IMG/VR virus record: IMGVR_UViG_3300041411_000178
Coordinates: 124,001 to 188,000 of that record
Length of the DNA: 64,000 nucleotides
Reading direction: 5' to 3' (one strand)
Positions 56,105 to 64,000 of the stretch are shown here, in pieces (within the stretch, counting starts at the first letter, position 1; each line of letters opens with the position of its first letter). Both the position numbers and the translations under genes were made by a program. Below the pieces are notes generated by a model. That model did no database searches, was not told where the DNA came from, and saw nothing but the letters and a program-made list of their open reading frames with translations.

Positions 56105-56677
56105 ATGACCGCACAATTAAAAGCTGCAATTACAGCACCGGCTGTAATGGACGAAGAAGAGTACGCACTGGTATGTCGCGCACTGGAACCGTCCTTTGTT
56201 GACCATTTCCATAGCCTGGGGGTTATGAAGAATGTACTGCGTGAGATGGTGTATGGTGTTGATCACCTCACTGACATGCTCAGGATGCCAGAGTGCCCAG
56301 TTGGCAAGACGCTGGTAACCATGGATCTCGAACACTACAAACTGGAATCGTTCTTCCTGTTTGACCAGTTGTTCCGGGCCACGAACAATGACTGCTGGAA
56401 GATTTCACTGCCGACTCCAACAGTCAAGAAAGAACTCGATGAATTCTTTAACCGGAGTTACATCGAAACGTTCCATTTCATTATGGGACGCATGGGAGTG
56501 GAAGAGCTGATGTTCAAGGTCGACCATGAGAGGTACTCGATCGAGTTCAACGAGATCATACCGGACAGCAAGTTGTATATCTTCCACTTCAATAACCTGG
56601 ACACACGTCAGGGAATTAACCTGCCGTTTGCCCGCCGTCGTACGCAACATTCCTTGAAGGTCAAGCGAAATGATTGA
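56105..56677 (+). CDS. Hypothetical protein, paralogue of 56937-57500
   Basis: AAGGAG RBS; shared FVD.F..L.E.VYG.D.LT motif. Confidence 0.7.
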   Translation: MTAQLKAAITAPAVMDEEEYALVCRALEPSFVDHFHSLGVMKNVLREMVYGVDHLTDMLRMPECPVGKTLVTMDLEHYKLESFFLFDQLFRATNNDCWKISLPTPTVKKELDEFFNRSYIETFHFIMGRMGVEELMFKVDHERYSIEFNEIIPDSKLYIFHFNNLDTRQGINLPFARRRTQHSLKVKRND

Positions 56678-56840
56678 TCCAAAAGATTTGCTCGACAAAG
56701 ACGATGATTGGGTCGCTAGTATGGTGGCAGACCCTATCCGTAAACAACAGCTTAAACGTCGCCGTAGGTTCTACACTGTGCTTGGCATTTCTTGCATTAT
56801 TGCCGTGTTTATTGGCGCAGTGATTGGCTGGAAGGTGTAG
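56670..56840 (+). CDS. Small tail-anchored membrane protein (56 aa)
   Basis: Acidic N-terminus, KRRRR, C-terminal TM; not in the ORF track. Confidence 0.55.
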   Translation: MIDPKDLLDKDDDWVASMVADPIRKQQLKRRRRFYTVLGISCIIAVFIGAVIGWKV

Positions 56841-56857
56841 ATTTAAGTTAAGGAGGA

Positions 56858-56874
56858 CTTCAGACCTACATTAC
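56858..56874 (+). promoter_or_regulatory. Phage early-type promoter motif (copy 8)
   Basis: CTTCAGACCTACATTAC. Confidence 0.65.
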
Positions 56875-56936
56875 CTACGTGTAACAAAGACGTTCATTAA
56901 TTGTGGTCTTCCACGTTAAGTTAATAGGGAAACATC

Positions 56937-57500
56937 ATGAGTGAAGCACTAAGAAAGTTGGAGGCTACCGATGGACTGATAACTAATCTCGCCCAAGTTA
57001 CTGAAAGCAAACGCTTGGGTTATTTCAAGCACATCCTGAACGTAGAGTTTGTTGACACCTTCCTCAAATACATCCCCGATGTAAGGAAGCTGCAAGAGTT
57101 CGTCTACGGGATCGATTGCTTGACGGAAATTAGCAGGAGCAGTTCATTCCCATCTGGTCGATTGTTAAACAACATTGATATCAACGAGAAAGCCGCTGGC
57201 AAGTTCAACGAGCTCCGTTGGTTGACTCGCGACCAATCTTTTCTGGGCTGCCAAGTGGGTGCTGAAACCACAGAGTTGATCACCGAGTTTTTCAGTTACG
57301 AGTATCCACGGTTGTTCGGCGAGTTGTTCGATAAGTCGCGCCTGCCATTCGCGACCTTCGCACTCGACGGTGTTTGGTATCACCTGACTTTTAACCGCAG
57401 CTTCAACAAACTGAGAACGCACTCTGCGATCAAGTTGACCAGCGCGGACAGAAGCAGGGAAGTGTATTTGCCTTTCCTCAGGACTCGAACTGGGGTTTGA
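56937..57500 (+). CDS. Hypothetical protein, paralogue of 56105-56677
   Basis: AGGGA RBS; shared motifs. Confidence 0.7.
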   Translation: MSEALRKLEATDGLITNLAQVTESKRLGYFKHILNVEFVDTFLKYIPDVRKLQEFVYGIDCLTEISRSSSFPSGRLLNNIDINEKAAGKFNELRWLTRDQSFLGCQVGAETTELITEFFSYEYPRLFGELFDKSRLPFATFALDGVWYHLTFNRSFNKLRTHSAIKLTSADRSREVYLPFLRTRTGV

Positions 57501-57510
57501 CGTAAGCTCG

Positions 57511-57559
57511 CCGTAATCTCCCGGGCGTTGGTTGCCTGGGGGATTATGGTTTCTTTTTT
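57511..57559 (+). terminator. Intrinsic terminator
   Basis: CCGTAATCTCCCGGGCG..TGCCTGGGGGATTATGG plus T tract. Confidence 0.7.
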
Positions 57560-57606
57560 ATTTGTACCGCTGTAACTTTGTAAAGACTACTAACAAGGAG
57601 TTCCAC

Positions 57607-59187
57607 ATGAATACCCCAATAAACAAAGAGGCCACTTACATGCCCGGGCCTGTTGGTAAAACCTTCACCGAAGAAGAGATGCTGAAAATAAACCCCCATG
57701 TCAGCAAGCTCGCGCCCAACCTCATGGACGGTTATGTTTTCGTTTGGAACAAAGAGCGCGACCTGTACGAGAACATCGGGACTAAGGCTTCAGTGTTGGG
57801 GAGTAACACCCCACATGAATACATTTGCCCTGTTTCTTTTACCATGAAAGGGAATTGGGAAAGTGATGACCCACTTCCTGAGGAAGACGCACAGGTCGGT
57901 GATTGCTGGATCCGGGAAAAACACTTCTGGGCAAGAACTTCCCAGAATATTTGGAAAGACTACGGGGATGTCAGTAACGTAGGTGCTATCCAGTACTGCT
58001 TCCTGGAAGACAACCCACCACCGGCACCAAAGCCTGTGATTTTCCGCAACGTTGGTAACCACGAACTTACAGCCACCATCATCGGTGATTTCGTCAACCG
58101 TGAGATCGCCGATGCACATGCTCCCAAAGTTGGCCACGCAGGGGAAGCATATATTGCCGACAACACGGTCTTTCTTTGGGATGTATTTAACGGGACAGGT
58201 TGGATAGAAAGCGGTAAAGTTGGGGAAATTTGGGAACCGCTTCCTCCGCCTACATCGGGACTTGCTGAACTTTTCAGAACCCTGCCGCGTTCCAGTATGT
58301 TAGGTCATGACCGTCACAAGGATCAACGCTCCAAAGAGCAAATCCTGCAAAGCCATTTCCATGATGATGTCAGAGCCGGGTACGGTGGGACCTTCGATCA
58401 ATGGTGCAGTCAGAACGGTGATCTTAATGCCGTTCTTCGCGAAGCGGCTGGCAAAGACCCACAAGGTCTTGAACACCTGGTAGCCGTGCACAATCTCGAA
58501 GAGCAGCGGGTGCGTATGCACCGCCGTGACCTGTTGGCAGACGCCAAGGCTCATCCATCCCTGGACGATGCTGAGAAACTGCTGGCAGGGGCTCTGGAGA
58601 CGCTTGAGGGCGAAGAAAGTGATGCTGCTTTCAAGGCTCTCGATGCGTTGAAGAAAGTCAAGAAAGATATGCGTCGTAAGCGTCGTAACTTCTGGCTTTT
58701 TGTCATCACGTTCTGGGCTATCGTGGGTACGGGTGTTTACTTCCTGGGTAAGTGGTTGTCTACCCAGGTTGTTACCGGTCGCTATACCGTTCCAAAGACG
58801 TGCTCGGCTCCATTCGGCCCCGGCGTTATTCAGGGCATGCGTTACTACGACTACAGCTACAAGTCGTTGTTCGGTGTGCACATGACACTGGAGAGTACTG
58901 TCAGGGAAAGCACGATCGTTACCACGAACGGCCAAGAGTTCTCCATCTTCGGTCTATCGCCTCGTAACGAAGAGTCTGACGTACCCGGAGAGCCGATGGC
59001 TGATCGAGTGCTGAAGGCTGCTGAGGTGGAAGTAGAAACTGCTCCTAAGCCTCCTAAGGGCAAATGGTGGCGCATGAACATCTGGACCAGCGACAAAGGC
59101 ACACAGCCAATGAAGCCAGCCGAGCTGTATTTGTTCGCGTCTGAGAAGTATACAACCATGGTCGCTTATAAGGACTTCTGTAAATGA
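57607..59187 (+). CDS. Single-pass membrane protein with fibre-like N-terminal repeats
   Basis: ATG 57607 after AAGGAG; three Trp-containing repeats; RRKRRN followed by TM FWLFVITFWAIVGTGVYFLG. Confidence 0.75.
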   Translation: MNTPINKEATYMPGPVGKTFTEEEMLKINPHVSKLAPNLMDGYVFVWNKERDLYENIGTKASVLGSNTPHEYICPVSFTMKGNWESDDPLPEEDAQVGDCWIREKHFWARTSQNIWKDYGDVSNVGAIQYCFLEDNPPPAPKPVIFRNVGNHELTATIIGDFVNREIADAHAPKVGHAGEAYIADNTVFLWDVFNGTGWIESGKVGEIWEPLPPPTSGLAELFRTLPRSSMLGHDRHKDQRSKEQILQSHFHDDVRAGYGGTFDQWCSQNGDLNAVLREAAGKDPQGLEHLVAVHNLEEQRVRMHRRDLLADAKAHPSLDDAEKLLAGALETLEGEESDAAFKALDALKKVKKDMRRKRRNFWLFVITFWAIVGTGVYFLGKWLSTQVVTGRYTVPKTCSAPFGPGVIQGMRYYDYSYKSLFGVHMTLESTVRESTIVTTNGQEFSIFGLSPRNEESDVPGEPMADRVLKAAEVEVETAPKPPKGKWWRMNIWTSDKGTQPMKPAELYLFASEKYTTMVAYKDFCK

Positions 59188-59795
59188 AAAGCATCAAGCA
59201 TGTAAACGTAGGGACTGTGGGTCATGTTGACCACGGCCGCATGTTGCAGTACACCGGCAAACGTGGGTACAAAAGCATGGTGGAGAATTATCCCTCCGGC
59301 ATACCGTACCTTACGCGTCGTGTAAATCCATTCGAACCAGAGTGGATCTACTGGTGGGAAGGGTTGATCTACGTGGGCGGTCGGGTTATTCATAACCTGC
59401 GCATCTACGAAGACAAGAAACCACCTGAAGAAGGAGTGATCTGCGATTCGATCTCTCCGACTGAGGGTCGTTCAAAGGAATACGAGCAGATAAAGAAGAT
59501 GCTCGTTTCCAGGATGAACAAAGGTACCTCGGGCAAAGCAATGCCGCCTGAGATTACCTCGGCGATCGAGGACTTCCTCCGACCGACCGGGGTAAAGGTT
59601 AACCCAATACGGATCATGCACGAGTATGAGCGTGACCGTCGTACGGTTATTCCGTCACGTAAGTCGATTCAGTGGGCCATTGAAATGACTCACTGGAAAG
59701 ACAAAGATCTTTTCAAAATCCTGGGTATGGATCAACTGTCCCCAGATCAATTAGCTGACCTAAGGTGGAAACGTACAAATGGACAATCGTCTTAA
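59184..59795 (+). CDS. Hypothetical protein beginning with an EF-Tu G1-like peptide
   Basis: ATGA overlap, AAGGA RBS; residues 6-19 are HVNVGTVGHVDHGR. Confidence 0.7.
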   Translation: MKSIKHVNVGTVGHVDHGRMLQYTGKRGYKSMVENYPSGIPYLTRRVNPFEPEWIYWWEGLIYVGGRVIHNLRIYEDKKPPEEGVICDSISPTEGRSKEYEQIKKMLVSRMNKGTSGKAMPPEITSAIEDFLRPTGVKVNPIRIMHEYERDRRTVIPSRKSIQWAIEMTHWKDKDLFKILGMDQLSPDQLADLRWKRTNGQSS

Positions 59796-59967
59796 GGAAG
59801 AGATGGAACACAACATCGCCTTGTACAAGGAGAACGGCCCTAACCCAGGCGATCGCTTTGCCAAAGTGCAAGGTATCGGGTTAGTGGTAATGAAATCCAA
59901 AACACTGCCTTCGGGCTTGATCATTGAACCTTTTGAAAACGTAAGGAACGAACATGGGCCAGAGTAA
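59779..59967 (+). CDS. Hypothetical protein
   Basis: 62-aa ORF, AGGTGG RBS, overlapping both neighbours. Confidence 0.5.
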   Translation: MDNRLKEEMEHNIALYKENGPNPGDRFAKVQGIGLVVMKSKTLPSGLIIEPFENVRNEHGPE

Positions 59968-60598
59968 TAAAACCGGCGAGCGTAACCCGAACAATCCGCC
60001 GAGCCCTAACAAAGGACGCAGCATGGTTCCGGTGAATCACAAGCTGAAGTACACCGAAGAAGATATGGTCAAGGCCATGGAATTTGCCAAGCGTAATGCG
60101 CGTGGTAACTTCATGAAAGAACTCGGTCTGACCGAATTGAACTCCGGTATCGGTAGCACGCCGTCTTCGAACTGGTTTGCTAAGGGCGAACTGGAGGAGT
60201 TCCCTGAGCTGGTTAATCGTGATCGTGCAAGCCTGTGTCTGGGTCACCTTACCGATGACGAATTGGCCAGCCTGGTCTTCATGCAGGGTGACATCGATAA
60301 AGACACCGACATGCGTTTGTCGATTGCTGCCATGCAGTCTGGACAGCAGTACTACTCGAAGATCGCGGCGGTAACGGGCGGTAAAGAACGCATCCGCTGG
60401 CTGTCACGTCACCTGGAACTGTCCCTTCAACGTCAACGTACACAACGTACCACGATTTGGAACTACATTCTGGATACGTACGGCGAGTGCGGGGGTGAAG
60501 CTTCGATTCTCGAGGCGTGTGAAAAGCTGGGGTTGTCGAAGGAGTACGCGATGGCGCGCATGCATCCAGAACAATCGGTCGTTAAGGAGGCACAATGA
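59954..60598 (+). CDS. Hypothetical protein
   Basis: AAGGA RBS; 214 aa. Confidence 0.7.
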   Translation: MGQSNKTGERNPNNPPSPNKGRSMVPVNHKLKYTEEDMVKAMEFAKRNARGNFMKELGLTELNSGIGSTPSSNWFAKGELEEFPELVNRDRASLCLGHLTDDELASLVFMQGDIDKDTDMRLSIAAMQSGQQYYSKIAAVTGGKERIRWLSRHLELSLQRQRTQRTTIWNYILDTYGECGGEASILEACEKLGLSKEYAMARMHPEQSVVKEAQ

Positions 60599-60984
60599 AA
60601 CTGGAATGTTTGATGACCGTCTGGCCATCGATCAAAAGGTCTATTGAACTGGCCTTCGCGTCCGGAATGAACTCCGGCGTTGACCCTCGTGGAGGGGAGT
60701 GCCGTGAAAAGATTATTACCGATCTCAAGGCTGAGCTGTTTGGCCATGCAGAGGAAGCCCCAGCGCCACTGGCGACCAAGACAGAAGAAACTCGAGTTCT
60801 GAGCGAAACTGACAAGCAAAAAGCCAAGATCATGTTGCTCCACGGAACACCGGAGCAACAATGGGATGCGCTTACCAGCACAGGAGTTATCCCGCCCACT
60901 ACGCCAAAAACTAAGGAGAACTTAGATATGGCCGTAGGGATGGTCCGTGACTTCAAAATGATCTACCATTGCCTAGGAGGTTAA
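60595..60984 (+). CDS. Hypothetical protein
   Basis: AAGGAGG RBS, ATGA overlap. Confidence 0.7.
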   Translation: MKLECLMTVWPSIKRSIELAFASGMNSGVDPRGGECREKIITDLKAELFGHAEEAPAPLATKTEETRVLSETDKQKAKIMLLHGTPEQQWDALTSTGVIPPTTPKTKENLDMAVGMVRDFKMIYHCLGG

Positions 60985-60986
60985 CA

Positions 60987-61277
60987 ATGGCCCGTAATAC
61001 AAACAACGAACTTTCAGCACTACCAGGTTTCTTTTACTACCCGCGCTGTAATGACGGGTTAGAAAAGCTTACCGACCGTGAGCGTTACACGCTTCTGCTT
61101 AACCAGGGTAACTACACCGTGGGTCTGAACATGGAAGATCCTGCTCAGTTCGGTGATCTGAACTGTGCCTGCGATAACGGTCGTATCCCAACCCACCGCC
61201 GTGAAGGGGCCGTGATTCCTGAATACGGCAACGTTCCTTTTGATCTGCGCGAAGTTATCGACCTCAAGGGGGAGTAA
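60987..61277 (+). CDS. Hypothetical protein
   Basis: AGGAGG RBS, ATG 60987. Confidence 0.7.
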   Translation: MARNTNNELSALPGFFYYPRCNDGLEKLTDRERYTLLLNQGNYTVGLNMEDPAQFGDLNCACDNGRIPTHRREGAVIPEYGNVPFDLREVIDLKGE

Positions 61278-61279
61278 CT

Positions 61280-61573
61280 GTGGACAAGGTCACTGAAATA
61301 ATCTTGTCGGTCGATAAAAAGATGCAGGAGTCTTTCGACGATGGGAGAGGCGGGCAAAGTGAATACAGACCGTTCCTCGATAAGAAATCAGAGTTTCTCG
61401 GCGGAGAGGAGTGTCTTGCTCTGAAACTGCATCGTCTCGATATGGGGCGTAAGGTGCTGAAAGCTGCTATTGCGCTGGGTAAACTATCTGAGGCTGATGT
61501 TCAAGAACTAACTGAACTCACCTTTCGCAAAGATGAGAGTGATAGGTTCATGTGCAGATTAAAGGAAAGCTAG
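61280..61573 (+). CDS. Hypothetical protein
   Basis: GGAG RBS, GTG start. Confidence 0.6.
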   Translation: MDKVTEIILSVDKKMQESFDDGRGGQSEYRPFLDKKSEFLGGEECLALKLHRLDMGRKVLKAAIALGKLSEADVQELTELTFRKDESDRFMCRLKES

Positions 61574-61574
61574 T

Positions 61575-62108
61575 ATGAAAGTGAATAAGGATAAACATCA
61601 GGTAGTTGTGTCTCGTGAGATGTATGACGATCTGATGCGTCTGGCCGTTATCGGTGATTACGAAAGTAGCGGTAATGGTGAGACGGCGGCTAAAGTTCGT
61701 CGGCATGTGCGGAAGTACAACAAGCACATGCATGAAGAGCGCCAGGTTGAAGTGGCCAAGGACACAGCTGAGTATCGTCGTCTGCGTTCCAAGGTCATTG
61801 CACTGATCTCCACTCATGGTGGTGAAATGGTGTGGCGTAAATCCAAGACTCCACCACCTCCTGGTCTTTCAGAAGGCTACACCTTCTATCTCGGGTGTAA
61901 GGTTGTGGGTCGCTCTGAGCTGAATAAGCTTTGTGTCAAGGTGCGCAATATGGACGGTACCGGTAACAGCGACATCCACATTGACGCACTGCTCACTGAG
62001 CTGCCAGAAGGCTATGAGTTCGATCCTTCTGGTATGACCAGATTTATTGCTTACGACTCAAGGGTGATGGAGCCCCGTAAACCGTATCAAATCAAAAGGG
62101 GGAGCTGA
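61575..62108 (+). CDS. Hypothetical protein
   Basis: AAGGA RBS; 177 aa. Confidence 0.65.
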   Translation: MKVNKDKHQVVVSREMYDDLMRLAVIGDYESSGNGETAAKVRRHVRKYNKHMHEERQVEVAKDTAEYRRLRSKVIALISTHGGEMVWRKSKTPPPPGLSEGYTFYLGCKVVGRSELNKLCVKVRNMDGTGNSDIHIDALLTELPEGYEFDPSGMTRFIAYDSRVMEPRKPYQIKRGS

Positions 62109-62695
62109 TGATTAAGAAAGGACTTTGTTTTACTGACGACTTTCCATTGCGCAATGCAGGAGAGGCTCAGTTCAGGGTGTCGCGTGAAAAGGGTGAAATC
62201 ATTACCCATTCGGTTCCTTGGCAGCGACGCCAACGCACTATCCTGGTACGTCATGGTTTTCGTGATCCGATTAAGTTCTACGCGGTAACGGAAACAGCTC
62301 ACGGTAATCTGATTGCCATGAGTGACGGTCACTACACTCGCTACTACTGGCTCAATGCCATGGGTCGTCGTGACACGTATCTGCTTCAAGGTTCCTCTGC
62401 TACCTTTGAGGAAGCGTGGGAACATCTGTTTGAAGCGCTGGTACTTGATGGACGGGCTCCGTCTATTGGGCTGTACAACCGAATCAGTTTCCTCTTCATC
62501 TGGTACTTCAATCAGATCGAGGATCAACCGGTTCGTCGTGCCACTGAAGGTTTGTGGCGTGGTGTCAAGAAAGAAGTATTGTTCGAATGGTTACCCGAGA
62601 TTGGCAAGCGCGCTGTTCGCGTAACTATTGCTGGTTCCCAACCCGTTGCAGTACCCCTGGCGGACCACCCGCTGGTAGGCTTGCTGCGCAAATAA
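62108..62695 (+). CDS. Hypothetical protein, paralogue of 62713-63168
   Basis: Shared YL.Q..S.T.EEA.E.LF..LV.D.R...I..YN..S..FI.YF segment. Confidence 0.7.
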   Translation: MIKKGLCFTDDFPLRNAGEAQFRVSREKGEIITHSVPWQRRQRTILVRHGFRDPIKFYAVTETAHGNLIAMSDGHYTRYYWLNAMGRRDTYLLQGSSATFEEAWEHLFEALVLDGRAPSIGLYNRISFLFIWYFNQIEDQPVRRATEGLWRGVKKEVLFEWLPEIGKRAVRVTIAGSQPVAVPLADHPLVGLLRK

Positions 62696-62712
62696 GTTAA
62701 GAGGCAAATGAA

Positions 62713-63168
62713 ATGACAAATGCACAACGCCAGTACCACCAACTGTTTACCCTGCGTCTCGACAATGGTCAACAACTTAAAGTGTGTTCTTACGAGCACC
62801 AGACCTCTTACATCGTGTCGGACACCCCAAACCGTGGCGGTACCATGTACCTCATCCAAAAGCCTTCTCACACGCCTGAGGAAGCTATTGAGCAGTTGTT
62901 CAAAGAACTTGTCATGGATGATCGTGAAGCAGCGATCAACTACTACAACCTGGTTAGCGGTTTCTTCATCTACTACTTCAGTGGGGATGAGGAAGGTAAA
63001 TTCAAAGCGACCCTGACCAGTCGCTGGCACAGTCTGTTCCTCCACGTGGATCTGGAACGTCGTCCTGGTCTGGATGGCTCTTTGATGTTCTTCCACATCC
63101 ATGACAAAGAAGTGATGGTGTCTCTGCAAACGCACCCGATTGTGTACATACTGGCTAAACAGCAGTAA
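62713..63168 (+). CDS. Hypothetical protein, paralogue of 62108-62695
   Basis: AGAGG RBS; shared segment. Confidence 0.7.
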   Translation: MTNAQRQYHQLFTLRLDNGQQLKVCSYEHQTSYIVSDTPNRGGTMYLIQKPSHTPEEAIEQLFKELVMDDREAAINYYNLVSGFFIYYFSGDEEGKFKATLTSRWHSLFLHVDLERRPGLDGSLMFFHIHDKEVMVSLQTHPIVYILAKQQ

Positions 63169-63222
63169 CCACAATCTTACGCTTGAAATAAAAACGCCAG
63201 CAGCTATGTAAGGGGACAAAGC

Positions 63223-63417
63223 ATGCCAGTAGTAGAGATGACTATCGAAGAACGCATTGGCGAGATCACCCGCGAATGTACCAAGCAGTTGTTGGGTTTG
63301 GTGTTGGAGTACGACCCCACAGAGGAAATCTGGACCGGTTACTTCGACGACAGTCCTGAAATAAAGGGTACTCTCGAAGAAGTTATCGAAGGACTCGAAG
63401 CTGAGTTGAATCTCTAA
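63223..63417 (+). CDS. Small acidic hypothetical protein
   Basis: AAGGGGA RBS; 64 aa. Confidence 0.65.
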   Translation: MPVVEMTIEERIGEITRECTKQLLGLVLEYDPTEEIWTGYFDDSPEIKGTLEEVIEGLEAELNL

Positions 63418-63424
63418 GCAGCTA

Positions 63425-63462
63425 TAACTACCTCCTACCCTTTGCGGGGTAGGAGGTAGTTA
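63425..63462. terminator. Probable bidirectional terminator
   Basis: Perfect 16-bp stem TAACTACCTCCTACCC-tttgcg-GGGTAGGAGGTAGTTA plus T tract, between convergent genes. Confidence 0.8.
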
Positions 63463-63497
63463 GCCTGTTTCTTTATTTTTTGTTTTAACCAATTGCA

Positions 63498-63956
63498 TTA
63501 AGCAGCCATGGCCACTGGCTTCGGTTCGGTTGGGTTATTTACAAGTCGGTGTATTGTTACACCCGCCATGATAACCTTCTTCTTCCACGGCGTAACATTG
63601 AGCACGTCCATGGATTCTTTCAGGATGGCGTCGATCTGTTTGCGTGTTACTTTCACCTGGATAGGCTTGCCGTTTACCACCTGGATAATCTTGTAAGTCG
63701 TACAGAGCTTATCGTGCAGTGTGGTGCACTGGGTGTATTCACCGATAGGGGGAAGAAGCCACCACAACCAGCGTGGAATAGTCGCCCCATCAGTTTTGAA
63801 GTTGGTCTCCACATCTACGTAACGAGTGGAGTTCTCCTCGCCGATGTAATAACGAAACCCAGGAATGGTATCCCAGATATCCTTGTTATTAAGCACACTG
63901 GCGGTTTTATCATAACGCAGTTGTTCTTCGGCGCTGAAACGCGTGAATGTGCTCAT
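63498..63956 (-). CDS. DUF1353-family protein
   Basis: FKTDGATIPRWLWWLLPP.G.Y..CTTLHDKL matches the DUF1353 pattern; AGAGGA RBS. Confidence 0.8.
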   Translation of the reverse strand: MSTFTRFSAEEQLRYDKTASVLNNKDIWDTIPGFRYYIGEENSTRYVDVETNFKTDGATIPRWLWWLLPPIGEYTQCTTLHDKLCTTYKIIQVVNGKPIQVKVTRKQIDAILKESMDVLNVTPWKKKVIMAGVTIHRLVNNPTEPKPVAMAA

Positions 63957-64000
63957 GGAGATCCTCTCTAGAACGGCACTGGAGTATAAGGGTGAATGTA

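Noticed and set aside
59184-59795. A full phage-encoded EF-Tu or translational GTPase
   Set aside because: Only the G1-proximal 14 residues match; GKT and G2-G5 are absent and the protein is too short.
1-64000. tRNA genes, CRISPR array, stop-codon reassignment
   Set aside because: No cloverleaf with a T-loop consensus or regularly spaced direct repeats were noticed by eye, and recognised genes are uninterrupted under the standard code. tRNAscan-SE and a CRISPR finder would be the decisive checks.

Overview
This window is part of a lytic jumbo myophage of a Gram-negative host, most consistent with the phiKZ-related (Chimalliviridae-like) group. Its own GroEL-like chaperonin points toward the EL/OBP-like branch (inference from gene content; no search was run). 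1-21.5 kb is a virion/lysis module: a partial portal-like gene, several phiKZ-type virion proteins, a holin candidate, an overlapping i-/o-spanin pair, three paralogous 960-1200 aa tail-fibre/baseplate proteins and a central spike with an HxH tip. 21.5-32.6 kb is a nucleic-acid processing and counter-defence block: SbcC/Rad50 ATPase, a tandem pair of small nucleotidyltransferase-fold genes, NAD-dependent ligase, RNase HI, a DHH/DHHA1 phosphoesterase and an Acb1-like 2H phosphoesterase. 32.7-63.4 kb is an all-plus-strand accessory region of about 55 mostly unknown genes, with eight copies of a phiKZ-early-like promoter motif (seven here, one at 24 kb), many hairpin terminators, several paralogue families, a GNAT and the chaperonin. 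The most unusual signals are a 14-residue EF-Tu G1 segment at the start of an unrelated protein, the Acb1+DHH pairing, the complementary-looking nucleotidyltransferase pair and a probable nested start in an early glycine-zipper membrane protein. Family assignments come from motif recognition only; phiKZ gp numbers are recalled and tentative. No tRNA, rRNA, CRISPR array or mobile element could be supported.
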